From: Haliotis cracherodii
Taxonomy: Eukaryota
Direction: 5' to 3'
NCBI RefSeq assembly: GCF_022045235.1
Contig: NW_027266286.1
Span: 20,336,001-20,400,000, forward strand
DNA: 64,000 nucleotides
Positions 1 to 13,000 of the stretch are shown in pieces. The stretch's first letter is position 1. Every line of letters starts with the position of its first letter. The translations under genes and the position numbers were made by a program. The notes below the pieces were generated by a model that did not search any database, was not told the DNA's origin, and saw only the letters and a program-made list of their open reading frames with translations.

Positions 1-190
1 AAAAGGCCACAATGCTTGTCGTGAGAGGCGAGTAACAGGACCAGGTTGTCAGGCTCGCTGACTTGGTTGATGCATGTCATACTGCGTGGATCGATGCTCG
101 TGATCTCAATCACAGGATTGTCTGATCCAGACTTGATTATTTACAGAATATTGCTGAGTGTGGCGTTAACCAACAAACAAATAAACGAAC
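1..190 (+). mobile_element. SINE family A (cut by window edge)
   Basis: Homology. Confidence 0.85.
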
Positions 191-439
191 AACATGTACC
201 AAAGAATACTGCACTCGCACGTTACCGGCCTATTTCATATTGTAACATGATAACTCGTGTTTAGCATTGAGATTGCATTAATTTATCAACAGAACAGTGA
301 CAAATAGTTTGGTATAACTTCTCCAGAAATTACCTGATACCACCGTTCTTTTACAGATGATATCATAAGTCCTGACTGACAGTCTTAATGACCTCAACTT
401 TCTTGCAAGGGATGCCATGCTTATGCTCCCATTACTGTA

Positions 440-500
440 ATGCGTCGGCGCAGGACACTTCCGCTTCCGGTAGAAAAGGGGGCACCTGTCATGGATGTAA
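440..500. promoter_or_regulatory. Possible housekeeping promoter element upstream of STK40 (tandem ETS/GABP-like CACTTCCGCTTCCGG)
   Basis: Motif at about 456-470 in a locally CpG-containing patch; no transcript evidence. Confidence 0.3.
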
Positions 501-1024
501 ACATGAATACTTCTCGAGATCTTTAACAGTGAGACATATTCTATGAGGATTTTCTTTTAACTGTTCATTTTCAGTATGGATAAGAACTGAACCTGCATAT
601 GTTATGTTCCGTGAATTTGAGTATCTTGACTTTACGACCGAATATGCAGCTTGTTGTGTTATTGGTTCAGTTTTCGATCACCATCCTGTACATACGTGTG
701 CTGTTGTAGAACAGTACTTTCTAGTAGGCCATGTTAACACCCATTGTGATAATGCTTCCTGTCCGTATCCCTCTCAAACATATATATAATTAAAAGGATT
801 GAGCTGCAATGCATTCCTATATAACTGTTATATTGGGCAGAAATCTTTTCTCACACTGTTTCCTGTAGTTGTACTAGTTATTCAATGCAGTTTACCAGGC
901 TCGACTTATATATAAACATTGTCTCAGGCTGCTGACCGTGGCTCTTGCTTCTCAGATCACATGTGCCTCTTTGATTGTATCTGTTAGATGTGTAATGGTG
1001 AAGGTAGGTTACCCCATCTCGATG

Positions 1025-1027
1025 CAT

Positions 1028-1066
<39 letters not shown>

Positions 1067-1271
1067 GCTGCTTGTACTAGTCCAGACTGATGCCGATTTA
1101 TAGTGCTACCTCACTGAGATACCATGCCGCAGTTTAACATGAATACCCCACTCAGACACAGTATACTGACTCCCAGCCGACCACTCGTTATATCCCCTTA
1201 ATGCCCCTTTTGGTTTGACGCGGTCGGGAATCGAACCCCGGACCATCTGCCATTAGACCACGGAGGCAGTC
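1025..1271 (-). mobile_element. SINE family D, internally deleted
   Basis: Homology. Confidence 0.8.
1032..1063. repeat. (GT)n microsatellite within a SINE
   Basis: Direct reading. Confidence 0.9.
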
Positions 1272-1294
1272 ACCTTTCAAATGAAGACTTGCAG

Positions 1295-1691
1295 GCTAAA
1301 ACGGCACCTCAGCAAAACATCACTGATTTCTTGGGCTACAATGGCACCTCATTTGGCTAAAACGGCTACTAATTGTCAGGCAAAAAACTACACATTTATT
1401 TTTAATAACGATATAATTAGTTGGATATATGCTATATTACACTTTTTTTATGGAAGGGGAGATATATTTGAAATATCTATAAAATTACTAATTATTTCCT
1501 ACTTACTAAAATAAATATTAAATATATAGTATACCTGTTTTAAGGCGATTAACATTTCACAATTATTTGTGTTTGCAAGTGACCATGTGAGTTTAATTTC
1601 ATGCCTTTTTCGCCATGCAATATAAGCTGTTTTCGCTTTAGGCGAGGTACATTTTTCGCTCAGTGATGTTTTGCTGAGGTGACGTTTTAGC
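1295..1691. mobile_element. MITE/foldback with ~32-nt inverted ends
   Basis: gctaaaacggcacctcagcaaaacatcactga ... tcagtgatgttttgctgaggtgacgttttagc. Confidence 0.7.
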
Positions 1692-1738
1692 TATAACCCC
1701 CAATGAAGTACCCCTTTACAATAATTAGGGTTAGGTAT

Positions 1739-2157
1739 TAAGGCTGTGACGAGTCCAAATTTACTACCCGGGTACCTATGCCCCTATTACTTGACCCTAC
1801 CCGGGTACACTCTGTAGATCTCAAGAGATAGGTACAAACTGTCCGATTGGGAAATGTTTGCCCAAGCAAAATGTATTTAGATACACATATAAAACGATCT
1901 GGTCATGTATACACTGAAGTCTACTGTATGAAGTTTTATCTTTGTATTCAAACATATAAAAGTCAGAAGGAATGGGTGCATAGTCAGAAAGAAATGGGAA
2001 CATTAGTGACTTGTAGTTTAACCATAGAGTTTAGATAATATTTGTCATTAAACAATATATCACATGACTCACCACTGGTCCAGGTAGTTCTGTGGGTACC
2101 CGGGTCCTACTCAGTACCCACCCGACCCGGGTACCCGAGTTACCCGTCCCAGCCCTA
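1739..2157. mobile_element. hAT-type MITE
   Basis: Imperfect TIRs taaggctgtgacgagt / acccgtcccagcccta, 8-bp TSD ttaggtat/ttaggtac, subterminal ACCCG repeats. Confidence 0.7.
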
Positions 2158-2774
2158 TTAGGTACTAACTACAGTTTACAAGCATACATCCCTTCACAAT
2201 CCTTAGGGTTGGGAACCCCTTGCTAATCTAACACCCCTTTACAGGTCTTTGGTTAATTTTTGTGATATTCAAGAATCTCTTTGATCTGTTGACAAACGCA
2301 GAGCTCCAGATAAGCTTTTGGTGTTGTGGGTATTTTACCCATGCATTTTAAAATCATTGGGTATGAGTAATTCTATCTGGGTATTCAAATTTCTGTTACC
2401 CTCTAGTTTTTACACATGAGGGTATTTAAGTTAAATATTTGAAAACACTATTCATCTAGTCACTGCAAACTGGTGTCGTGTGGGTTCGAGAGTTTTACAG
2501 GCCTAAAAAATACCACGATACTTCCACTAGAAAGTGTGATGGCAAATGATCATGAAGTAACTGTCATCGTGGAGTTTGGCAAGGTTGACGGAATGCCCGT
2601 TTATAATTTCAAAATAAGTTGCTGATTTGCTAATCGAATACGCAGGGTTACTTCACAATATTTTGATGATATGCACAAGTTTTATTTTTGCAGCGTATCT
2701 GTAATGTTCGTTGCGTATTTGATACGCTTGGATTTTATTTTACTGCATATTTCTGCATTTCTGCAACCTCCTCC

Positions 2775-3003
2775 AGCAACCCATGCTTGCCGTAAAAGGC
2801 GACTATGCTTGTCAGAAGAGGCAACTAACAGGATCAGGTGGTCAGACTCGCTGACTTTGTTGATGCATGCCATCGTATCCCAATTGTGTGAATCGATGCT
2901 CATGATGTCAATCACTGGATTGTCTGGTCCAAACTAAATTATTTACAGACCGCCGTCATATAGCTCGAATATTGCTGAGTGCAGCGTTAAACAACAAACA
3001 AAC
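2775..3003 (+). mobile_element. SINE family A
   Basis: Homology. Confidence 0.9.
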
Positions 3004-3317
3004 TATCCCCTAAATGAGGCTTATTAGATTTACTCATGTCGACAGAGGCAACTGACAGGATCAGTCTCGCTGGTCAACTGAGTTTGATCCTCCATGCGGT
3101 GCTACTGATAACACCAGACACTCATAAATGACATTGATTACTTGTAATGGTCACCATGGCTACAGCACAAGTTCTTCAAAGGGAACTTGTTCTTTACAGT
3201 ATAATATTAGAATAAGGAAGTTATACATCTTTTACAACATAGATTTAGAAGTCATCATTATTTCAACCAAGAAACTTGGTATTATCAAATTATTATTCAT
3301 GTTTTATTCCAAACATA

Positions 3318-3687
3318 CCGTATTCGACGTAATAAGCGCCCCGCTCTAATAAGCGCCCACGTCTATATTTGCTAATATATTAGCCAGTAAACAATCCCAA
3401 TTACACCCCTTCCGATTGATCAATGTACACAAGACTTATTTATTTGTGTATAATACGCACTCGTGTGTTATATGCACCCTTAATTATGGGCAATTAAATT
3501 CAGGAAAATATATCTGTCATGTATGATAAGCACATACTTTTCTTTTGTATCATTTCAGGCTGTCAGCATAAACTACGAAATTTAAAATTTTTCAACTCTG
3601 TTTTTGTTTCATCAAAATTATATTCTGATAAGAGCCCCCTCTTTCTAATTTTGAGAGCGCCCCGGGCGCTTATTGCTTCGAATACGG
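3318..3687 (+). mobile_element. Tc1/mariner-type MITE
   Basis: TIRs ccgtattcgacgtaataagcgccc / gggcgcttattgcttcgaatacgg, TA TSD; lies 50 nt upstream of the STK40 exon acceptor at 3737. Confidence 0.88.
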
Positions 3688-3787
3688 TACTTAGATTATG
3701 ACACTGTCTCTATAAACCATTGTTATATTCTACCCAGATGACTGCTAGACATCCAACCCGACTAAATGGTTGCCAGCCACTGACGCA

Positions 3788-4001
3788 ATGAAGAGAGGGC
3801 CAAGTCCTTCCTCCAGTGATGCCACCTCACCAGGAAGTTGTGGCCCCGCCCCGAAGATCCCCCGCACTGGTTCATCTGTCACTAGACAATCGTTCCGTCA
3901 TCCTCCCAGCGGGCATGGCGCCAGCAGGGGTCCAGATCTGGGGAAGGGTGCTTCCAGCTTTGTCAAGCCAGGCACCAAGACAGCAGGACCCTACATGCTA
4001 G
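3788..4001 (+). CDS. STK40: STK40 coding exon 1 (MKRGPSP...TAGPYML-G)
   Basis: Acceptor ctacccag ends at 3737, ATG at 3788, donor G|gtcggt (phase 1). MKR start and AGPYMLG match the STK40 N-terminus. Confidence 0.88.
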
Positions 4002-7000
4002 GTCGGTTGCTGATGAGATTCTTACCATGCTGGCTGAGGCCAAACATTTTTTTAAACTTTTAAATGTGAGAAGAAAATTATAATTGAAAAGTGTGTTTTT
4101 ATATTCTGCTGACAAGAAATAAGTAAAATGTTAAAATAACACCTTATTTACTGACTCAATCATTGTAAATAAATTGCCGGGTATTTACATTTATTATTAA
4201 ACATGTTAAATTAAAGCCTCTTGAAAGTGTATGTAAAAACTCCTGCTGCCACTATTTTTATGTGTTTTTTCTACCTACTTAAGGGGGCGGTCGGGTAGCC
4301 TGAAAGTTAAAGCGTTTGCTTGTCACACCAAAGACCCGGGTTCGATTCCCGACATGGGTACAATGTGTGAAGCCCATTTCTGGTGTCCCCCGCCGTGATA
4401 TTGCTGGAATATTGCTAAAAGCGGCGTAAAACCATACTCACACTCTCACTCACTCTACCTACCTACTTAACATTTTGAAGAAATCCAATTTCTTTTATCA
4501 GAAATTGAACCTAATGTCCTAAATGTTTAGGCCAGATATCTGTTAAAAAAGCAGAAGAATAAAAATCTTTCTCAGTCAAATTGTTGAATGAATGTATGAC
4601 ATAAACATGATAAAAGGATGGACGCTCAGATTTTCCCAAACTGATCTGTGCTACAAATATGCAATGTGTCAGATTATGCATGACATTTGTGGAGGTAGGA
4701 TTAATATTGACATGTTTCCAGCAGGGTTTGACAAATATGCTGGTCTAATGGACACTTGCCTTAAATAAAACATGAATCGTGTCACTTACTATACATGAAA
4801 GTGACTGTCGGAATGTGTTTTCTAATCATGCAACCTCGAAATATTTAACAGAGGGTATTCCAAACGACAGTTAGGGGTTTTATGATTCTATCCATACAAT
4901 CTAGGCCATCTATAAGCCATTTCAGAATGTTCTTTTGATCAGTTTTAAAATTTGTTATCGAGAATACGTCAAAATATGTTTCGAAGCGTAGTCGCCAGTT
5001 TGAAACTAGTGTCGTAAAGCTCCCAAAAGCTGCTTTCTGATGGGCTAATGTCAATTTCTTGTCAGTTATTTCATTGGTCAGTCAAAGTTTGCAAAAGGTC
5101 GTTCTGACGTGACTCATAATGGGACGTCCTCAGATCTTTGTTTGGCAGTAGCGAAAACTAAGATATAATTTTAATGAGATTGGGTTCATCGACACAGGAT
5201 TTGGCACTCCCGGTACCAGGCAAATAAAACGAGAACAAAGGAGTACCGCTCATCAATTCCATTACCATATTTATGCATTAAAGTTCACAACTGTTTAAAA
5301 TGTTCAATCCCGGTCAAGAAGTTCTGAGTTCCGCATTTTAAGTTACACCTAAAATCTATACCCGCCATAGTACAGTTTCTCTCCGCCTATCACACTCTCA
5401 TTTGTGCATTTGCCATTTTGGTGGTATTATTGTGGAAGAAAAGACTTATATAGCATGCATTTTTACTCAGTGTCATATCGATGTTATTTCAATTATTACA
5501 GTTAGGCATATGAAAGTTTTTAGGTATGTTTGATCTTCTAAAACAGGCGCTTTATCTGTGAACACATCCGAATCATCAGTAGACTCAGTGCAGCTGTCAT
5601 TCGTCACCACTTGCCCCTTTCCGTAACCTGCAAGAAGACTCGTCCCCCTATTGATGAACGTGATGTGATAAAATGCGACAAACCAATCAGAATGCGTGTA
5701 TGACTTTGGTCAAAGAATTCCTCAGGGATGATTTTTGTTTTTACATGTTTTTACATGTTTTTACATGTGTCTTGCATTTAAAAATAAAGTTACCGTTAAA
5801 AGTGTTCAATCAAACTGTATAATACAGTAAGTCTTGATGTGTTTTCAGTAGCATCTGGGGCGGTCGGGTAGCCTAGTGGTTAAAGCGTTCGCTCGTCACG
5901 CCGAAGACCTGGGTTCGATTCTCGACATGGGTACAATGTGTGAAGCCCATTTCTGGTGTCCCCCTCCGTGATATTGCTGGAATATTGCTAAAAGCTGCGT
6001 AAAACCATACTCACTCACTTCAGTAGCATCTGGAATATATACCTGGAGGTTATCATAGCAGGAGTTCTGTCCCTTGCTAATGTCCCTTTCATTTCAGCTT
6101 GACATCACTTCGATGAAAATTATAGCAGGAAACTGGAGAAGACAGTGAGGTGTTAATTGTTGTCACACAAAATTCCATGATCTTATTTCTGTAATACACC
6201 ACGGTATACAGCAGCTTTTTGAGAACAGCTGCTTTATTGATGTGTGAGTGAAATGTGTAAAAATGGTCAACTTTGGAGTATCAATAACATGATGAAGCAA
6301 TCCTTTGTCCAACAATTTCAGTCCGGATTTAGACTAACATCTGACATATTTCACAGAAAAAACCTTTGTTAAATTATAGTTATGAAAAATGATAAAAAAA
6401 GAGCCCAGAGACTTTCTCCATTTCTGAAACTACAGAAATCTAGACTTGCCAAACATTATAGACGTCCATGGGCTCTATTGGATATATATATGTTTCAGGG
6501 TCCGTATGACAGACTAGAAGTCTGGGTTTGTCATATTTTACTGGGTGATAAAGTGACATCATGAATTTGGGTCGGCAGATAAACTTGGTTCTGTATTGAG
6601 AGACCCAAGTTAAGACCAGTATTGACAGATGTTTTGAGTTAGTGAGTGAGTTGGGTTTAACGCCGCTTTTAACAGTATTCCAGTTATATCGCAGTGTGTC
6701 AGCTTAATGGGGGAGGAAAGCCCGAACTAATGCAGGTCTCAGACGTTTACCACTTCGGTGAAACCCACGAGCACAGGTATGGTGCTGACAAACCTAGAAA
6801 CATAATCGGGGCGAACCGGGATTCGAACCCACAATCATAGGTTTCTGGCGTGCCCAAGGGACGCAACTCTGCACAGCGAATCGCGGCGCCTTAGACGACT
6901 TGGGCACCTGTGCTCCCGACAGATGTTGTGACAACTGTGAAATAATAAAATATCAAAAGAGAGAGGTTGATTAACATTTATTTCAACCAGTATCAGTTTT

Positions 7001-10000
7001 ATATAAAATTAGGGAAATGGACAAGGCGTAACTCAAATAAAGCAATAACTTAATAAGTAGAAATAAGTAGAAATAGTGAATACATGTATATACATCTTAA
7101 TATAATAATATCAATATTGTACAGAATTCATTATAGTACACTTCATATATACAGCTGATATTTTCTAACAAATAAATAAAAAGTTATTTTAGAAGTGGAT
7201 ACATATAAGTAAAAATATATAGGGGGAAATGTAAATAAAATCTATTATCTCAAAAGTGGGTGGATGTTATGTTCAAATGAATTTAGGATACAGGTAGAGT
7301 GAGTGAGTGAGTTTTTTACGCCGCTTTTAGCAATATTCAAGCAATTTCACGGCAGGGGACACCAGAAATAGGCTTCACACATTGTACCCATGTCGGGAAT
7401 CAAACCCAGGTCTTCGGCGTGACGAGCGAACGCTTTAACCACTAGACTACCCGACCGCCCCGGGTACAGGTGGAAACAGACAGAGTGATGTAACAGCTCA
7501 GTAAGGGTTAAACTATGTGTAAAGCATGCACTAGGAACCTAACAGTCTTTACGACATTTCATGTCAACTGGCAGGTTTGAGGGTTCCCCAAATTCTTGTG
7601 ATACTGACGACCAATGAAGGCCATGTTAAGAGTCATCCAATCACAGCCTACGAGAAGTCTGCCACTGCCGTTTTGGTAGACAGAGGCCTGTCACATGATG
7701 AGCAGTGATTGTCCCCAGGGCGTCAAGTCAACAGGGTTTACTGTAGATGAATACCGTATTCGACGTAATAAGCGCCAAGGGCGCTCTCAAAATTATAAAT
7801 AGAGGGTCTCATTAGAATATTATTTTTGTGAAAAAAACACAGTTGAAATATAAATTTTGTGGTTTATGATGACAGCCTGAAATGTTTATGTACGACTGAT
7901 ATATTTTTCCAGAATTTAATTGCCCATAATTGAAGGTACATATTACGCACGAGTGTGTATTATACGTAAATAAATAAGTCTTGTGTACATTAATCAATCC
8001 GAAGGGGTGCTAATTGGGATTGTTCACTAGCCAATATATTAGCAAAAATATTGTCGTGGGCGCTTATTAGAGCGGGACGCTTATTACGTTGAATACAGTA
8101 TACAACATGATGTGATGGATATGTGAGCACGAGGAGTGCACCCTGGAATGTAATCATAATGAAGACTGACACAACAACTGACATCAAATCTAGTACAGAT
8201 TTTGATATGTTATTGTATTCACAATATTTAATACCTGTATTATAGGAGGTATGGCCATGTTGACCTTGAACAGGGCTCTAGCCATCTTCCCGAGGCAAGA
8301 GAGTTAACTGACTTTGAAAGTCCAGTTTCCACCCTTGCCAAACTAGGCTGGTATTATGGAGTTACATTTTGGCTGGACTAACGAGTCTATGCATAGCCCA
8401 ATCAAAATCGCGCACTGAAATCAAAATCCAGTTCATAAACTGTCGTGCAGATTTCGGCTGATTGCAGGATTTGCAAAGCATGTGCACCGCCAACTCGTTG
8501 TCAGCAGATATTTTCCAAATCTTTTCATGTTGTAAATCAAGGTGCTCACATGATTTGATGCAATTCGCGATGTAAGACCCGTTTTATCACAATATAGATC
8601 TTGATTATCGATCAGATCCTCCTGACTGGGCACCACCATTTTGTGTGAAGCAAACACAAGTGATACGAGAAGTGGAATCTGATTGCTCCATAGGACAGGT
8701 TTAGAAGGGACATAATTGGTAATAGCCACTTGTGGCGCGACGATCGAGCCCAGGAATTCCAGCTAAGTTCGGCAAGGGTGGTGAATGAAACGTGAAATGA
8801 GCGATAAAACATCACTAGACCTGCTAAACATGATGATCTACAATTTTGTCGTATTTCCTGTTGTGCCAGAGACTAAGATTACCGTGTGTATTTGTTTTAA
8901 AAATAAGCTGGTAATAGCAATCAGCTGTACACTCTATCATATGTTAACATATTGATCAGAATAGCAAGGCTCAAATGTGAATCATCACACACCATGGCAA
9001 TACTGTCACAATGTTATATCAAATTGGGGTGTAACCATGGCAACACTGTCACAATGTTATATCAATTGGGGTGTAACCATGGCAATACTGTCACAATGTT
9101 ATGGCAATTGTGGTGTAACCATGGCAATACTGTCACAATGTTATGGCAATTGTGGTGTAACCATGGCAATACTGTCACAATGTTATATCAATCATGGTGT
9201 AACCATGGCAATACTGTTACAATGTTATATCAATAATGGTGTTACCTTGGCAATGCTGTCACAATTTTATATCAATCGTGGTGTATCAATGGCAATACTG
9301 TCACAATGTTATATCAATCATGGTGTTACCATGGCAATACTGTCACAATGTTATATCAATCGGGGTGTAACTATGGCAATACTGTCACAATGTTATATCA
9401 ATCATGGTGTAACAATGGCAATACTGTCACAATGTTATATCAATCGCCATGTAACCATGGCAATACTATCACAATAGTTGATCAACTGTGGCAATACTAC
9501 CAAGACTGTATCACATGAAGTTTAACTGCGGTAGTATCACCACTAGCAAGATATTTGTGTAGTTTGTCTGGCAGCATCGCCCTTTGTGACAATGCTCACA
9601 AGTTACAAATGGCACATCGTCTGTTCTTAGGCAGGCCATGTTTGGTACTCTGTCCACTCCCAAGAGCCCGTGTGTAGGTGAAGCACACTCTGTCTGGCCC
9701 GTACTGATCCTGCAGCGCTGTGATGTCCACATCCTCCGTGTACAGCACCTCCACGTGGAGGGTCCGAGTCGTGTGTACCGTCCCTCCCTCTCGGTACAGG
9801 AACGGGTTGTCGTAGGGGTCGAGCTGAAGCAGGGTTGCCTCGCAGAATCTGTCTGTGTCCGATTCTTTTATTGTCATGACAACTGTCACGTAATGAGCTT
9901 TGTAGGTGCAGTAGAAATCCGTGAAATATATATTTGTGTTTGCCGTGAAGAGCGCTTCAACAGGAACATCCAGTCTCCGGTTGCCGTAATAAGAGGAAGT

Positions 10001-13000
10001 GGGAATTCTTCCAGTCATTCTGTCGAGGGAGATACTGAAAAAGAGGCCATCAATGTTGTTGTTGATTGGGGAGTGTGGGTCTCCATTGCGGTCTTTAATG
10101 TATTTCTCCATCAATCCATTCTTGTTTTCCATGATGTCGTCCATTTTGTCTCGTGGCTTGTTTCGGAACATGACCTTCACCTCATGTGTAGATGGAACTG
10201 ATATGAATAACTCGGCCTTTTCCTTCAGTCTCTCCAAGTCATCCTTACTCATCACTGTTAAACATAAATTTTATTCAGGGTTAGAAATTATTCTTCTTTT
10301 TCACATGTCCTTAAAAATGTGTCTGTTACAGTGTTGCCATCTACCTTTTCATACCTCATTCAGGAACCAGTAAATTAGGAACTGTCTTTCTGGACTAGTA
10401 GGGGGCACGGGTGGCCCAGTCGTCTAAGGCGCAGCGATTTGCTGTGCAGAGTTGCGTCCCGTGGACATACCAGAAACCTATGATTGTGGGTTTGAATCCC
10501 GGTTCACCCCGATTATGTTTCTAGGTTTGTCAGCACCATACCAGTGCTCGTGGGTTTCACCGAAGTGGTAAACGTCTGAGACCTGCATCACTTCGGGCTT
10601 TCCTCCCACATTAAGCTGACACACCGTGATATGACTGGAATACTGTTAAAAGCGGCGTTAAACCCAACTCCCTCACTCACTTCTGGACTAGTAAATTAGG
10701 AACTGTCTTTCTGGACTAGTAAATTAGGGACTTGACATTGAAGGATAGGGATTTGTCAAGTAGGGACCATTCATTTAACTAGCTATTTAGAGTCATGGGT
10801 AGTCTGTCTTACAGACCCTGATACAAATATATATCAAATACAGCCCATGCAAGTCTATAATGTTTGGCAAGTCTAGATCACTGCAGTATGAAAATGAAGA
10901 GAGTTACTGGGCTCCTTTTTATTATATTTTTGTTAAGATAACTGAACAACTGTTTTTATGTACGATATGTTCATTTCAGAGACTAGATTTTAGTCTAAGT
11001 CATGGGTGGATGTCGGTGCAATAGAGGACACAATAAATATTTTGCATGCTAAGAGCAAGAGGCTTACAAAAAGACTGTTAATCAAGACTGGTTATCCTCT
11101 GGCAATGATGTTTTATATTTAAAAAAAAAAAATGCAATTTGTTGAAGGGGCATATAACATTAGATAATTGCGAAATGCATAATTCATTATGAATCAAGAG
11201 CATCTGGATGGGCTATGAAAGAGATTTTTCTGATTAGATAAGGTAATCCATTGATGCCTATAATGTTGAGGGGTGGTCGGGTAGCCTAGTGGTTAAAGCG
11301 TTCGCTCGTCATGCCGAAGACCCGGGTTCGATTTCCGACATGGGTACAATGTGTGAAGCCTATTTCTGGTGTCCCCCGCCGTGATATTGCTGGAATATTG
11401 CTAAAAGCGGCGTAAAAACCATACTCACTCACTATAATGTTGATTCAATACCTGAGTTCAGGGTGAAACTTTTAGACTTTTGCTGATAATGATACTGTTT
11501 GTGTCCATCGTGATCCGTCCGTGTCATCTGCAGGAGAACTCCACAATAGGTTTGCCGGGGGGGTAGTGGGAACGGGACCTTCACCCCAGAGGCAGGCATG
11601 GGGGTCTCAAGCAGGTACTGGGTGTCCTCCCGGCACAGGTATATCAGGGTGGTACAGGCATTGGGGAGGCTGCGGTCAGGCAGCAACTTGTAGTCTGCTG
11701 GTGGTGTGTATCGTGAAGAAACTTCAAGATCATCCTGTTGAAGATGAATAAGACTTAATTACATACTATATGAAGATTTGTTATCTGATGAAGATACAAA
11801 CATTTATCTAGCATTCCAAAATGAGTGCCTTTTCGAGTTTTTTAAGTTATGTATTTTATTATTGCATTCAATATACCGATACAGTAATGTGAAACTAAGC
11901 ATTCAAGCCTCCTCTAGTAAACTGGTCCTGTTATCAGTGAAATACAAGTCACCTCTACAAGCCATAAACATTAGTTTTGCTTATATTAAGAGTAAATTGG
12001 TAATTTTGTAAATCCAATTTTAGAAATTTTAATCACAGTTGCTGCAGATTTGGTGCCACAGTATAAATAGGTGAGGTGAAATGGGGTTTAACGTCGCGTC
12101 CAAGATTATTGCACTTATATAGCGGCGTGCATGTGCGTGTGTGTGTGGCTGCGGCTGCTTGTACTAGTCCGGACTGATGCCGATTTATAGTGCTGGCCCA
12201 CTGAGATACCATGCCACAGTTTAACATGAATACCCTACTCAGACACAGTATACTGACTCCGAGCAGACCAGTCCTTGTTTAAGCCCCTTAATGCCGAACG
12301 CCAGACAGGGTAACAACAAGTACCATCTTTTAACATGTTTTGGTATCACGCGGTGGTGGATCAAACCCCGGACCTTCCGCTCTCCGGGCGGACGCTCTAC
12401 CACTAGACCACGGAGGCGGTCCCACAGTATAAATACAATCTGCAGACAGACTGTATATTTTACTTACAGGCCCCAATGATCTAGCTGGAAGTTTGTAGAC
12501 TGTAGTGAAAAACATTATTCACTCTCTTACTGTAACCATGGCAACAGAAATTGCCTCCTTCGGAGCTAAGAGAACCTGCTTACCAGTTTTTGGAAGAACA
12601 TCACACTTTCAAGCGGGATTTTTGTTTTGCTGAGACTGAGTGATACTTCTGTTCCTATAAGAAAAACTTTTTTTATACAGATTCTGGTTTCCATGCATCT
12701 TACATGTACATGTATTATATTCAATTTGATATTTAGTTTTGCAAGTAGTTTCAGGAGGCACTTGCAATTTTAGACTGGGTCCCGTTCCACAAAGCGATCG
12801 TAGTGCAATGACAGTCGTAAGTCTATGTTACAGTATGGGAGTTACGTTCACCTTTGAGCTACAATAGCTTTGTGCTTGTCGTAAGAGGCGACTAACGGGA
12901 TCGGGTAGTCATGGTAGTTGATGCATGTTATCGCATCCCAATTGCGTGGATCGATGCTCATGATGTCAATCATTGGATTGTCTGGTCCAGACTCGATTAT

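Noticed and set aside
5857-5935. tRNA-Asp-like gene (and similar heads elsewhere)
   Set aside because: These are SINE heads: each continues into a shared body and tail and is bounded by TSDs.
8952-9518. Repetitive ORFs (MAILSQCYINHGVT)n
   Set aside because: Translations of a 42-nt minisatellite; no splice or homology support.
9638-10373. + strand ORFs of 187 and 124 aa
   Set aside because: Antisense shadows of the PHYHIP exon.
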